In this document: piece by piece, positions 39,141 through 51,225 of the stretch
Numbering within the stretch: the stretch's first letter is position 1
How the letters are laid out: each line of letters starts with the position of its first letter
Source: Takakia lepidozioides
Lineage: Eukaryota > Plantae > Bryophyta
Reading direction: 5' to 3'
NCBI GenBank assembly: GCA_030704615.1
Contig: CM060734.1
Coordinates: 15,376,001 to 15,440,000, forward strand
DNA: 64,000 nt
Notes under the pieces: model-generated
The model's input: only the letters and a program-made list of their open reading frames with translations
Database searches by the model: none
Told to the model about the DNA's origin: nothing
Position numbers and translations under genes: made by a program

Positions 39141-40802
39141 TAATCCCTCTAGAGTGAAAGGGAATGGTACTACGTGACCCCATTTGTCGCTGGCAACTGT
39201 CATTGGGTTCCGATGGTTGAAATGCGCCACGTGGTACCAACTACAATTGTCGCATATCGGTTGGAGCGCTGCGGCGTAGCCGCGACGTTATAAAAGCGCC
39301 TTTCTGTACGTGAGCTACAACACACTTTCCATCTCCATCTGCGGATGAACGTGCAACAGAACTACTCGTCCAGTTCCTTGGAGCGGATGAATGTCTCTCC
39401 ATCCGCTCAGTTGGCGTGATGTTCCTGGCTGTATGAGTAACCAGCTGTGGATGCTGACTCATAACGGATGTCATCTTGTCGATATGGATGAATGTCGTGG
39501 AGTCTGACGCGCCATAACCATATGGTGGACCCGTTGTCAGAGGCCGCTTGCAATTTTCCTGTCCGAGTCTGACACACATTCATTCTCTTTAATAGGTCTG
39601 AAGCTTTGGATTACGGGCAATCGACAAAGTATATATCGGAACGCGTGCTCAATGGGTTTTTTGCGAAGTTGGTCACACGCCACCACCCGAGGGATGGTTG
39701 CAACAATGCAATCCGGTCTCACACAAGGGCCTTGACGCCCACGCCCTTACCCCACAATTTCTGGAGCATAAACCGAGATTCGCAGAGAATGGCTTTTAAC
39801 TTAGTATAGACAGAACATTTTTGCGTGCAGAAAAAAAAGAAAAAACAGAAAAGAGTGCAAGGTACCTTCGACGAGGAGTGAGGGAGACGAGAGAGAGAGG
39901 GCGGGCAGTGGGCTGCAGTAGCATGCAAGCCTTGCCCAACGCAGTGTGCGATGGAGGGCAGCCTTTTGCTTTCATCCTGAGTGATCGGTGCCTGGGTGTC
40001 CACTCTAGTGCACACTCTGTCGTCATTGCTTCATTTCAACGCCGTCTCAGCTCCGAAAGGATCCAGCTGTTGTGCTGCCCCTGCTGAGGGAGAGTTTGGG
40101 TGGCTCACGAGTCCGTCTCTTGTGGGCTTCAGGTCCCGCTTGAGGTCCACAGTTCGACGGGAGGCGAAGTGAAGTCTGGAGCTGCACTATCAGTTTCCCA
40201 TGGGGACTAGTTTTGCATGCAGTTGTCTGGATGTGCCTTCTTGCGCCTGAAGTAACCTTTGCCAGCGACGAGCCTGCATTACGAGGGGGATTGGGTACTC
40301 TTTGTTACATGCTGGGGACACTCTGGAGTTTGAATGCATAGCTGGAAATCAGCATGATCCAGCATACTCCTTCGACGCTATTAGAGCGCCGCACACGTAT
40401 CATGTAGAACTTGGGTCATCGGTATTGAGGAAGGACGTACAAGTAAGAGGCTTTTCACTTCTGTGCGCGAATTTATCTTCTGGGGTTCAAGCTTCCATTC
40501 GAAGAGATGTGACTGAAGAACTATTTTAAGATGCCTACGATGTTTTCGGACAGATTATATGAGCCGGGTCTTTGAAGCATGGGGGAGACCGCCATTTAAT
40601 TCTTCCTGCGAGCGATCTATCCTCCAAGTGCAACTTTCGAAGGGAGCGCTTTGACGCCGTAGCTCGTTTTCCAAAATATACTAGCTTCTTGTTGTGCAGA
40701 CGAGCTTCATTTCAGGTCTATCCCACATTCTAAGCGCTCTTGCTTGTCCCCAGGAGGTAAAAACAACTCCTAAGCAGAAGCATTAGCCGGTGTGGCTTTA
40801 AT

Positions 40803-43800
40803 ATGGGTAACAATCACAGTACTCGCAGCCAGTCGGTCAAGCCTCTGCCACAGGTCAATCTGGCAGATTACGAGTCTGCTTGCAAAAGCGATCCTGCTGT
40901 GAGAAAATTTGATGAGAGTCTTCATACTCGCACAACGGAAGCACTTTCCAGCTTGGCGGACGGGGTGGATAAGGATGGTGGGCTGTCGTTCGAATCCCTC
41001 AAGGTGGTAACCACAAGTTTGTTCAAGGTAGATCAGGAGGTGGTAGACATAATATTAAGTTCTAAGGAAGATGTGTGGGCCAATGAGGAGTTGAAGCATC
41101 TCGTGGATGAGTATTTCGAATGCACTTTAGAGGCCTTGGGTTTCTGCACAGTGCTTGACAATGATGTGAAGCGCTCCGAAGAAAAATTGGACATCCTTCA
41201 GGTGGGTTTCAATCTCCATTTCAATGAAAATCCTAATTCAAAAGCTGGTTAACACATGCCAGCCAATTTTTGTTGGCCAATCAGCACCCTTGGGCCTTCA
41301 TTCTGAGAGTTTATAATCTTGGAGTCTAGATAAGGGCAGGGGGTGTGGTCCCGAGACCAGACAAAAGAGGAGATCTTTTAGATGTTCTAGTCTAACTCTA
41401 TAGTGAGGTCAGCTGCAAAACTGGTGTTGTGTCTCAGCTCTCTTCGAAGAAGCAATCTTCCAAAGCCAAATCGACCCCCTTTAAGTTTGATGTGCTGCCA
41501 ATCTAATGTAATCCCAACAACGCAGTTTGACCTTAGAACACCTCCACATAAGGTCAGCATGGATCCCACTGATGAGGTTCTGCCAAACTTGAAGGTGTTA
41601 GAGATAAAAAGCTAGACTCATTTCCTGCCATCCACGGGAGGCCATTCTGAATGATGGTAACACCTTGAGGACTGGAGGAGGAAAGGTTTATTCAAATCAG
41701 TGTATTAGTTTTCCATCTCTATAATTGCTTTTTGTGTTTGTCTTCACTGGTCTAGATCCAGACAAGTTGTGGTTGCTCTGTCCTACTACATCCACCAGGT
41801 TGACCATGAACATCATCATTATTGACAATTCTTAAGGTTTTACGCTGTGCAGGTATGGTAGCAATCAGACAATGCAATCCAATTTTAGCCTTGGCTGCCT
41901 CCCTCCTCTGTCCATATCTAGCATGTGCTCAACAGCATTTAGATTTATGCAAGCATGAATGGCGCATTTCTCCCTCTTCCTTGCTACCCCAATTCAAACC
42001 AGTGTCTCCTTCCCTGTCTCCTGGGGGGGGAGCAAATGTGTGACCGTCTGAAGCAATTATCGCCTCAACTTCTACAGACGTGATATTACCTTTTGTAGCT
42101 TGTGCTCACAACAGATGCACTGCAGGTGGCTTTCAACCTGATGCCCCCTCATGGAAAGCCCTCCAAGGAGGAATGCGACAAGGTCCTGAAAGAGCTCCGT
42201 GACTTCGTTCAAGCTGCAAACCCGTTCTCTGAGGACTTCAACAACCAATTCAAAAAGGTATACGATCGACATCTTGCGATGCAGCTGAATCTGCAAGCAA
42301 GGAAGAAGAAGCTCGACAGCAGGCTCCGTACTGTAAAGGGATGGACTAAGGTGTCAAATGTCATTCTAGCAGCCTCTTATGCGGCTCTTTTCATCTGTTC
42401 TGTTGTTGCTGCTGCTGTTTGTGCCCCATTTGTCGCTTTAGGCATTGCTGAAGAGTCAAGAAAACCTTCTGGGTCCATGGGGAGCTGGTTCAAGCCTCTG
42501 TGTACTCGATATGAGGAGCAGATCAAAGCCCAACAGGCGATTCAGGATGCATTTAGCTCCGGAACGTATGTGACCATTCAAGATCTGAACACCATAAAAG
42601 CTCAAGTACACAGTTTAGAGGTATGTTCCAGTCTTCTGAATCTCACTGTTGTTGAGGAGCAAGGCCCTACAAAATATGATGTAGCTCTCTGTGCTTTCTT
42701 TCCTCCTTTTGACCATGTTCGTACTGCAATTAACAGGCCACTTATTATTGTCCTGCTCGTTACTTTCCTTTTCCCTGCATCCCTCTTGCGTGGTTCCATG
42801 TGCATACTTTGCCCCTTCATCTCTGTGATGTCAGAAAACCATTGGCGTGTGGTCGGGCTCAGGATTGAGCCTAGGATCTCCCCCATTACGGTGGGGTGCT
42901 CTAGCACTGAGTTATCAGTCCCGTTCTGTTCTCAGAGTGCCGTGCAAGGGCTATAGCCTTGACACCTCCAACACTCCCCCTCAAGGCATAGTCCTTATTG
43001 CTAATGCCCACCCGTTTCTGACCACTGCCACAACCTTGGCTCTGATACCGCGTCAGAAACCATTGGCGTGTGGTCAGGCTAGGGATTGAACCTAGGACCT
43101 CCCCCATTCCGGTGGGGTGCTCTACCACTGGCTACCCATCCAGTTCTGTTCTCAGTGTCATGCAAGGGCTATAGCCTTGACACCTCCAACATGTGAGGCC
43201 TGTCAGCTTGGAAGTTTCACGGCCGTGCTCTATGCGTGGGGGCCCAATGTAGGAGTTTCAGGAACTCAGTACCTAGAACGTTCCATTTACTAAGGCCATG
43301 TTTGGTGATGTTGTGTCAAGTTGGCAAATTGGACTTCAATTGTTTGTTGGTTTCTATCAAACCAGAATGTGAGTCTGACACTCATCTCTTAAAGCAGTTG
43401 AATATATTCGGTTACAGTGCAGGGGAAAACTTTCAAGTTGGTGCAAAATTACTCTGCATTTTGGGTTCTTATTTCAGATCTGAAATTGAATCTCAAGTCT
43501 GTTGGAGTGAGATAAGTTGAATTGGGGATTTCGAAGGATGTGACTCATAGTCACTGCTTCACGTTGTCTGCATGGCAGATTAAACTCACAGCAATCAAAG
43601 AGAATGTCGGCTTTGCTGGGGGACGACCGGAGGACCCCAGTTCCTTGCAATTTGTTGTGGAGGCAATTAGGAAGAAACAGGCAATGTTTATCGAGCAATT
43701 GGGAGATCTAAAGAAGTCTGTGGAAACTTCTCGTCAACATATAAGTGTGGCTAGGACGACAGTTGTGCGAAGGATTCTGGAGCCTGGTCTGGTTGAGAGA

Positions 43801-43845
43801 AGAGGAATGAAGGATAAAGTATGTTGCTGTTGTGGAGGTGGATGA
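40803..43845 (+). CDS. UPF0496 / DUF677 family protein, 3 exons (40803-41201, 42126-42620, 43579-43845), ~386 aa
   Basis: MGNNHS myristoylation-type start; YESACKSDPAVRKFD; LSFESLKVVT; LVDEYFE; LKELRDFVQAANPFS; GTYVTIQDLNTI; ARTTVVRRI. All junctions are GT..AG, phase 0 and keep frame. Confidence 0.92.
42829..43191 (-). mobile_element. TRIM (miniature LTR retrotransposon) with tRNA-derived LTRs, Helenus-like, in intron 2 of the DUF677 gene
   Basis: LTRs 42829-42973 and 43051-43191 (TGTTGG...CTGACA on minus). PBS cGGTATCAGAGCC (43038-43050); PPT TGAGGGGGAG (42974-42983); 5-bp TSD TGTGA. Each LTR holds A-box and B-box-like motifs. Confidence 0.9.
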
Positions 43846-44514
43846 ACTCTGTACTCCCAGTTCTCTTCCTGGGGAGTGCCTTATTGCTAAAAGGCTACAT
43901 CAAAGTCATTTGATGAAGATCTTCATCAGAGTCATTGGGACCTGTTGGAAGGCAGCTATGATGATAACCGTGTGGAATTGTACATGTGAGCGAATACCTG
44001 ATTGCTTTCCTGGTTGATGAGTGCAACCATCAATTAGGGTGGAGGGAGAGTCCCAGTTTTTGGCCGGTAGTTCTGCCTTCCTAGTCTTTTGGGTCGAGGT
44101 TGTTTCTTTAATCTCTTTATGCTGCGGTCACAACCTCTAGAACCAGTTTTGAAACTAGGGATATTCATGAGCTTGGTTGCTTGTACTGTTCTCCCTATGT
44201 GCTCTGTGATGAGGAGGGATTGGACAAATGGAATATGAAACCAAGTCCAGATGGTCTCGGGGGATTGAGTCTTTAGACAATTTGAACCCTTCCTCGGAGC
44301 TGCTTTATTATTGACTTGCTATTTGTTGTGGATGATTTGGGAACTGCCAACCCAAGCAAGTCACATTCACCCGTCGTCAATTGCCAGACCATGATTCAGC
44401 ATTCTACTATTTTTTCAAGGTATCAGTGATCCCATCATCATCTCGATTCTAACTCGTGGTCTATATCTCGGTATTTGGCCACACATATAACATTGAATCA
44501 CTATTCACCAGCTA

Positions 44515-44940
44515 TTACGCAATACTCGCAACATATCCCAAAACAGATGCGATCGTGCATCATGCAAACCATTACCATGACCTGCGGGAGAATGTCCTTG
44601 GCAAGGCCACCCTTCTATCACCAAGTCAATGGGACCATGCCGGTCCAAATCGCAAGGCCACCCTTCTATCACCAAGTCAATGGGACCATGCCGGTCCAAA
44701 TCCTCCGCCCCCAGCATGGTAATGTCTGCTGGCAAGGCCTTTTGGTACCCTTGAATGGCTGAGAGAGGCAACAACTCAGGATACTGGTGTGTGAGCAAGG
44801 CAATGTGGCGCATGAAAATACGCCAAGCAATCTCATCCTTTTCCCCATACAAGTACTTGCGTACTTTGATTCCTGCTTACAACACTCCTGCAAGCCCAGT
44901 GCTCATGCCTCCAAACAGGTCTAGCAAACAAATGCCTAAG
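44515..44940 (-). pseudogene. C5-cytosine DNA methyltransferase domain (DNMT3/DRM-like motifs I-V), truncated before motif VI
   Basis: Motif I LLDLFGGMSTG; II YLYGEKDEIA; III ADIT; IV GPIDLVIEGWPCQGHS (catalytic PC); V GLHDARSHLFWDMLRVL. Confidence 0.9.
44601..44702. repeat. Perfect 51-bp tandem duplication covering DNMT motif IV
   Basis: 44601-44651 is identical to 44652-44702, giving DLDRHGPIDLVIEGWPC twice. Confidence 0.95.
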
Positions 44941-47143
44941 TCAGGTGGTTGCCAGATAATAGACACCGCGTCCAATGGAGCTAACTGAGGAGGTCCAGGT
45001 GATGTCACTGAACTCCCCTCATCCACCGATGGAAAGACCTCCTGCCATGCCTGCTGAACACATTGACCTCCCATCCAATGCAGATCCCCAACTGTATCCC
45101 ACAGTGGGCTATGAACATACGCATGAGGAAGCAACTCAGCCGTGTACGCCAATTGCCTCTCTTCATCAGGTGGTGGGCTATCCTTTGCATGGCTGTTGCC
45201 CTCCAAGAGCTCACCACCCCAAGCCACCACACCTGAGAATGCAGCCAATGTGGGTCTCATGTTCCTATGATCCACGGCTACATTCCCAGTAAACCGCACC
45301 GGAAGCAGTGCACGCCGGCCATCCCCTGACTGCCATCCTGGGCTATAGGACGTTGTCTCCTCCCAGAAATCCAACATGAATCCCATAGAGTACAACACAG
45401 CCCCACCAACAAGCACATCATAGGACATCGCGTCCGTAACAATGGCTTTTGCTCTCATGACTGAGCCTTGTGTGGGATGATCTGGCTGCAGTCAAATGAA
45501 AAACTCATGGCGTGTGATCCCCCTCGGCTTCTCTGAACCACCCAAAGATGTTTGAATTTGGAAAGGGCAAGGCTCCAAATCTACCTCTGTAAGGCCCAAG
45601 CCTGCAACTGCTGCTCTCCCCAACATCAATGGTTGTGCTCCCGAATCCAACAAGACTCGCAATGGCCTATATCTCCTCCCGACTGGGCCACTCAACTGAA
45701 ACACTCCATCTTGATTGTCCACCAGGACTACTCCAGGAGTCACCATGCTGCGCTCAATGGCTGGCCTAGCTGACAACTTTTGCAACCTTACAGCTGCCGC
45801 TTGCCATGGCGCAGCTGTGGTTGACTTCACCCTCAAATCCAAGGCATCCATAGACTGCACCTTATCTGCTATCCCCGCAAATAGTACCGATGCATCACCA
45901 CTCTCACAGAGTCTAGCTGCTAGTCTGAACACAACAGCTAGCCGAATCCCCGACATTGCAATGGTCATTGCAGAAGACAAAGGAGCTTGGCAAACCACTG
46001 TAGCCGCCCCCAACAATGTACTGGCTGCACCTTGCTTTGTAGCACCACCCACTGGCATTTCCCGAGCCACACCAACTCTCCCCAATGACACTCGTGGCTC
46101 TACCTCTGACACACTTGGGCGAGCGAGTGCCATTGATGGTGTAGGTGGCACTGTAAAGGACTGTGGAAGCCTTGTCTGACGACTTGCTTCCCCCCTTTGT
46201 GGATCAAAATCCACATCCGCTCCTCTTGGCTCAAGAGCACGCGTTGCTGCTCAAGTGACAGCAGCAGCAGAGTCCAGTACATGCAATGGCCCTGCAAATG
46301 CGGCTGCACACATGAAGCCCATACCAATCTGGTCTTCCCTAGGCATAGGAGGTTGTGCAGGTGGAGCTTGAACCTCAGGCCTTGGAGCTGGCGCAACATG
46401 AGTAGTGGCCATGGCAGCAAGACGTTGCTCTAGCTGGGCAAGTCTATCCACCATGCCTTGGTCATGACCTTGATCCTGACCCTGTGCTCCTTGGTTTTGG
46501 TTACGACCTCCACCACGATGTCAGCCTCCTCTACCTCTCTAGACTACATTGCCTTGTCCTCGACCACCATTGTTCCCTTGGAACTGGCCTGGTCGTAGCT
46601 CATGATGCAAGTCATAACAATAGGCCTCCTCATGCCCATACTTGCCACAATGCCCACACTGTAATTGTGTAGGCTGTGCCTATGTCGGCCCTTTGCCTCT
46701 CTCCTGGCAATCCTTCTTGACATGGGGTCCTCCACAATCCCAACATGACACACTCGTCTGTTGCTGGCCTGAGAATGAAGGAAGAGACCTTTGCATCGAC
46801 TGAGATCCTCTCTGACCTTCCCTGGGCTTTGTCTGAGCCCCCTTGTTGCCTTGAGCACGTTGGGGGGTTGGTTGTTGTTGACTAGGAGCCCCACTTTGTT
46901 GTGTCTCCTTGCCAAACCCCACCATAACCACCCGCTCCTCCACCATGTTGAGCTCTATCCACTCTGCTAGCAAGAACACATTTGCTAGGGTGGGTTGGCC
47001 CACTTGTAGGAGAGTTGCATCCCGCACCCTTCTCCTCAGCTCCGTGTCCATGTCGAGCGGCTTTTACTCACCCATCCCTTCGCTATCCCAGACAGCCCTC
47101 TAACATTACCCCTCCCCCTCTCAAAAAGCCGTGTCCTCACAGT

Positions 47144-50100
47144 TTACTGTTTAGGATCAGCAAACCTTTGTGAATGAGCACCTTTCTGTCGGTGAGAGTC
47201 CCTTGGAGGGCTCTGTGTGCAAGCCTGAGCCCTGTCACTAGCTGATGGAGGCAATTGAGCACCAAATGGAAATGTCTGACCCTCCTGTGGTTGATAACGA
47301 GGTAACCTCTCAGGCATAGGAGATCCCCGTCGTTTCTTCTCTGCCATCTGTAGTGCATAGTCCTCCGCCAGGTCAAAAGGTTCCTCCGTAGAACCAGTAA
47401 TATTAGAATCATCTTCCCCCCTGAGGTGTTTCGGTGGCCGAACCTTAAGTGGCTTCTCCGAAATTCTGCGTGGCATACAGTGTCGGCCCACTATGTTGGG
47501 AAGCTTAAACTGTACTACTTGCATTAGTCGCTTGCAAGCAAAATGAGTGTACTCCCTGAATTCCTTGTCCGTATAGGTGAGAGGTGTGCCAATGACTTTG
47601 GAACGGTGTAAGTATTTCTAGGCCTCATGTCCCTTATAAAAAATATCGTCAGGGCCCAATTTTTCCTTGGTCAAGTTGGTCCAAGCCAAATTAAACCATG
47701 AACGAAGTTGAGAATCCTTCTGCAACATGACTTTCGCATCATACAGATACATATGGGGTGGAACTGAAGGTAAGACCCAATGATCCCCAGTGGAATAGCT
47801 CAGAAATCTTGACTGCATCTTCTGCTACTCAATGTGATAACGTGCAATGAAACAAGCAGCATAGTATAATCCACAACCCATGACCAAACTAGATACCTCC
47901 TTGGTCTTGGTGTAGATGTACCCATGAACAACTTGGAAGGCAATTAATTCCTTCAACATGGTGCCTGGCTCAGACCAGTACCTTGCAAAATGATGATCCT
48001 CAATGGGTCGATTGTTCGGAAAAACCTTAGTCCAAGTTGCCACTGGCAACCAAATGCGCATGATCTGGTAATAATGTGTCAAAGACTGTGGAGGACTGAA
48101 TTCCTTCCAAGCCAAATCCATCACAATGGGAATTTGGTTGAAGGGCATAATCATAGCCCGATTGTACTCAAGTGCAACAGGAGTCCTAGGTGGGTTAAAA
48201 GCAGCATCCCCCCAAACCTCAGACTGTGGCATTGCCATGGTATCAACAGTGTCAGCCACTTGCACAGCCACCTGCTGTGGGGGCTGTGATATTGCCGCCA
48301 CTGTCCCGCCTATTGTTGGCAACTCCTACTCCTCCTGTGATGAAGACTGAAAAATCAGAGTCCTGGCATGCAAATAAGTAGCCATCAGCTGCTCCTCAGG
48401 AACAAAAACTCTTTTGTCAATGTTGGAACTCAAGTCATCCACTTGAGTCTGCAACCCTTCCACATCATCCTATAACTCCACTATCCTACTATAGACATTG
48501 TCTATAGTAGTTGTGGCAATGTTCTGCACCTGCAACCTGAGATCATTCATCTCCCCCTGGGTGAGCTTTCTTGGTGCCTTTCCTTCCACCGGCCCTTGTG
48601 TTAACCATACTTGCATAAGATGATTATCCACCAAGTCCTACGTAGCACCCCTGAGAGCCTGCTCCTCCTTGAGTTTGTACATATCTAATTGCTACTGTAA
48701 AGCCTCCATGCACTTTGTATGAGGTTCAACCAGGGCGGCATAGGCAGCAGTCAGATTATTGGCTTCCTTCCAAGCCTTGTTAGCCACAGAGAGTTCATTC
48801 TTTTGGCCCGTGAGTGTTTGCTGCAACTTCAGGATGTACCTTTCCTTCTCAGCCTCAACCTGACTGTACTGTTGGAAAGTATCCTCATTGCGACGGATAG
48901 TAGCCTTCAAATCAGCAATGAGTTTCCTTTGCTCTACTATCTTAGCCTCCGCCATCATACACCTCTTTGCTTGTCTGTTAACTTCTAATGCAATTTGCTC
49001 CAGAGCAGTTGTTAGTGTGGCACATTGGATGGTCATTTTCTGATGAACTGCCTCCAACTCTATATGGAGCACCTTCACTTCCTGCAATTTGCCCTCATGC
49101 TTCACCTGCAACTGGTATAGCTGTTGCTTATGTGCTTCATGCAACTTCTCCCGCTCCAGACCCGCTTCAATCAGATTCCCCTTTGCTAGCTGCAAGACAG
49201 CCTTCGTGTCCTCCAACTCTTTCTGCAACTTGAGGTTGGCCTCCACATCCACCTTGTTTGCACACTCAGTGGCAATTATAGCCTCAAACTCCTACTTGAG
49301 TTCCTCCCACAAAGCTGCCAATTGTGTGGATGGAACATGGGATTTCACATAAGTGCCCAACAAATTGAGTGTCTTACTTATGGAACTCATAAGCATGGCC
49401 TGTTGTGGGTCTTCATGGGAAACTTGTTGATGGTCCCCCTGATTCTCCACAGTGTGATGTTTCACCAACCATTCAGGCCAAGTTCCCACAAGATCTTCTT
49501 CCTGAACGACCTCATTCTCCACAGGTGCTGTAGTGCCCTTACCTTCTACCCCTGGAACCTCCTCCACAGGTTCGGGCATCACATGCACTGCAGGGATTTC
49601 CTTGGTCAAACTCTGCATCTTTGGTACTACTGGTTCTCCAACCATGCCAGGGTTCTCATAGAGAAGGTCACCCTTCTCAATGTCTACCACTACCTGCTCT
49701 ATAGTGGGAATGTCCAACCCTTCTCCTTCCACAACATTAGGCTCTGGTGTGACAGCATGCACAATATGAGTTACTCCTGGGGCAACCAAGTCAATTGGTT
49801 GTGGTGGCCGTGGCACTGAAGTGACTTCTTCCTCCCTCTCCAAGGGTCGTGCTTCCAATAGTAACAGCCCTTTGTGCTGCTGTTCCCCATCTTGCACAAG
49901 AGCTATGGAAACATCATCTTGCGGTTTCCTTGAAGCTAGTGGATTTGCCACTATAGTCGTATCCCGCTTCTGCCTCTTGGACTGGTGCTGCCCCTCCAAT
50001 CCTCCTTCACCGTGTGAAGAGCCCTGGTCCTCAATTGCAGTGGTTGTTGTCTCAAACACTCCCATCTCCTTGCGTTCACGCGCATCAAGCAAACAAGAGT

Positions 50101-50710
50101 CAAGAATAATTTGAGCAATTATTGGGCCAGACACAATAATCGAAGACTTAGCAGCAGTGTAACCGCTTCATCTCTTCCACCAGACCATTGTACATCAACT
50201 CCGCCCAAGCCACATCTTCTCCCCTCAAGGCTTTCAGTATCTCCTCGGTGAATGATGTGCTAAGGTACTGTTGGTTCTGCTTCATGGCAAACAGAACATT
50301 CAGTATTTGGCCAACTTCCCTTAACCCTGGGTACTCGGCCTTGGTGCAAGTGTATCCTTGAGTCTTAAAGAAACTCGCTTCTTGGAACAAATTCCCTATT
50401 TGCAATCTTGCCCTGTATTCATCCACATTCACATGTCCATATGGCAATTCAAACAGTTGCTGCAAGTACTGGGGAGTAATCTCTATATCTACTCCCCTCA
50501 CCTATGTAACTCCTGTCCGGGGCTCAAAGTTCTGAATGAATTGGATCATGTACTTTCGATGATGCAAGGACCATTCCGTGCGTAGCAGCCCTTCCAATCG
50601 CAACTCCTTCAGCAGCTGCACTGCCTGTGGTGTAGCAATTGTTTGCTTTTGCAGAATCGTGGTGCTCTTCACCCTAATATCCTCCATTTTCCTAATTCTC
50701 TTCATCCCAG
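47144..50710 (-). pseudogene. Extra ORF downstream of integrase (~1,200 codons; plant-transposon-protein-like N-terminus, central coiled coil)
   Basis: ORF pieces from 50134 to 47144 share one frame, split by point stops. The N-terminal part (50710-50148; VRGVDIEITPQYLQQLFELP, DVAWAELMYNGLVEEM) joins through one frameshift. Confidence 0.7.
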
Positions 50711-51225
50711 ACAAACAAGAAGGCCTTGTTTGGAATAGCTGTAGGAAAGCTTGCAGGGCGTAGAGCATAAAGGTATGGTTGGCACAAAAAGGAATGGGTA
50801 AGTGCGTGTAAGCCTATGGGGCTTGCAGATAGTGGTGAGAGAGAATGTTCTTTCAACCCGTCCGTCCTTGCGCCACTGCGTGAGAAGTAGAGCTAGCGTA
50901 TAGTCTGTAATATCCGCCATAGCTACAAAGCTATCAATGGGCCCACTATTAATTTTGGCTGCTGTACCGGGTAGGTACTTCGACGGCCCAGTTTTTCTTT
51001 TTGCATGATAACACCCGCTTTTGCAGTACAGGCAAAGCGGAGTGCTTTGCCCCTTAGGCCACGTGTTCGAATTCAAACACTCTTCCGTTGCCCTCTGTCC
51101 GCGTGGCTTTTTCTCCGAGTTTGACTCCCAAGCTAACCTTACACTTACTGGCCACTTTTTTGACGTTAACCCGCGTCCACCTGTCACTGATCCTATGGAC
51201 TGTGCAACCCGCGTGGGCTGTGTTG

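Larger units (their letters stand above)
44510..47050 (-). mobile_element. Decayed LTR retrotransposon fragment encoding Gag-protease-C5 cytosine DNA methyltransferase in one frame
   Basis: ORFs 46680-47051, 46251-46454, 45492-46214, 44877-45458 and 44505-44852 share one frame and are split only by point stops. Two CCHC knuckles, LLDSGAQ protease, then DNMT motifs I-V. Confidence 0.88.

Noticed and set aside
42621-42956. C-terminal extension of ORF 42102-42956
   Set aside because: Read-through into intron 2 and the TRIM. The GT donor at 42621 and in-frame exon 3 explain the gene better.
42860-43135. Stand-alone tRNA genes
   Set aside because: They are degenerate, have different anticodon-position bases in the two copies, and lie within TRIM LTRs.
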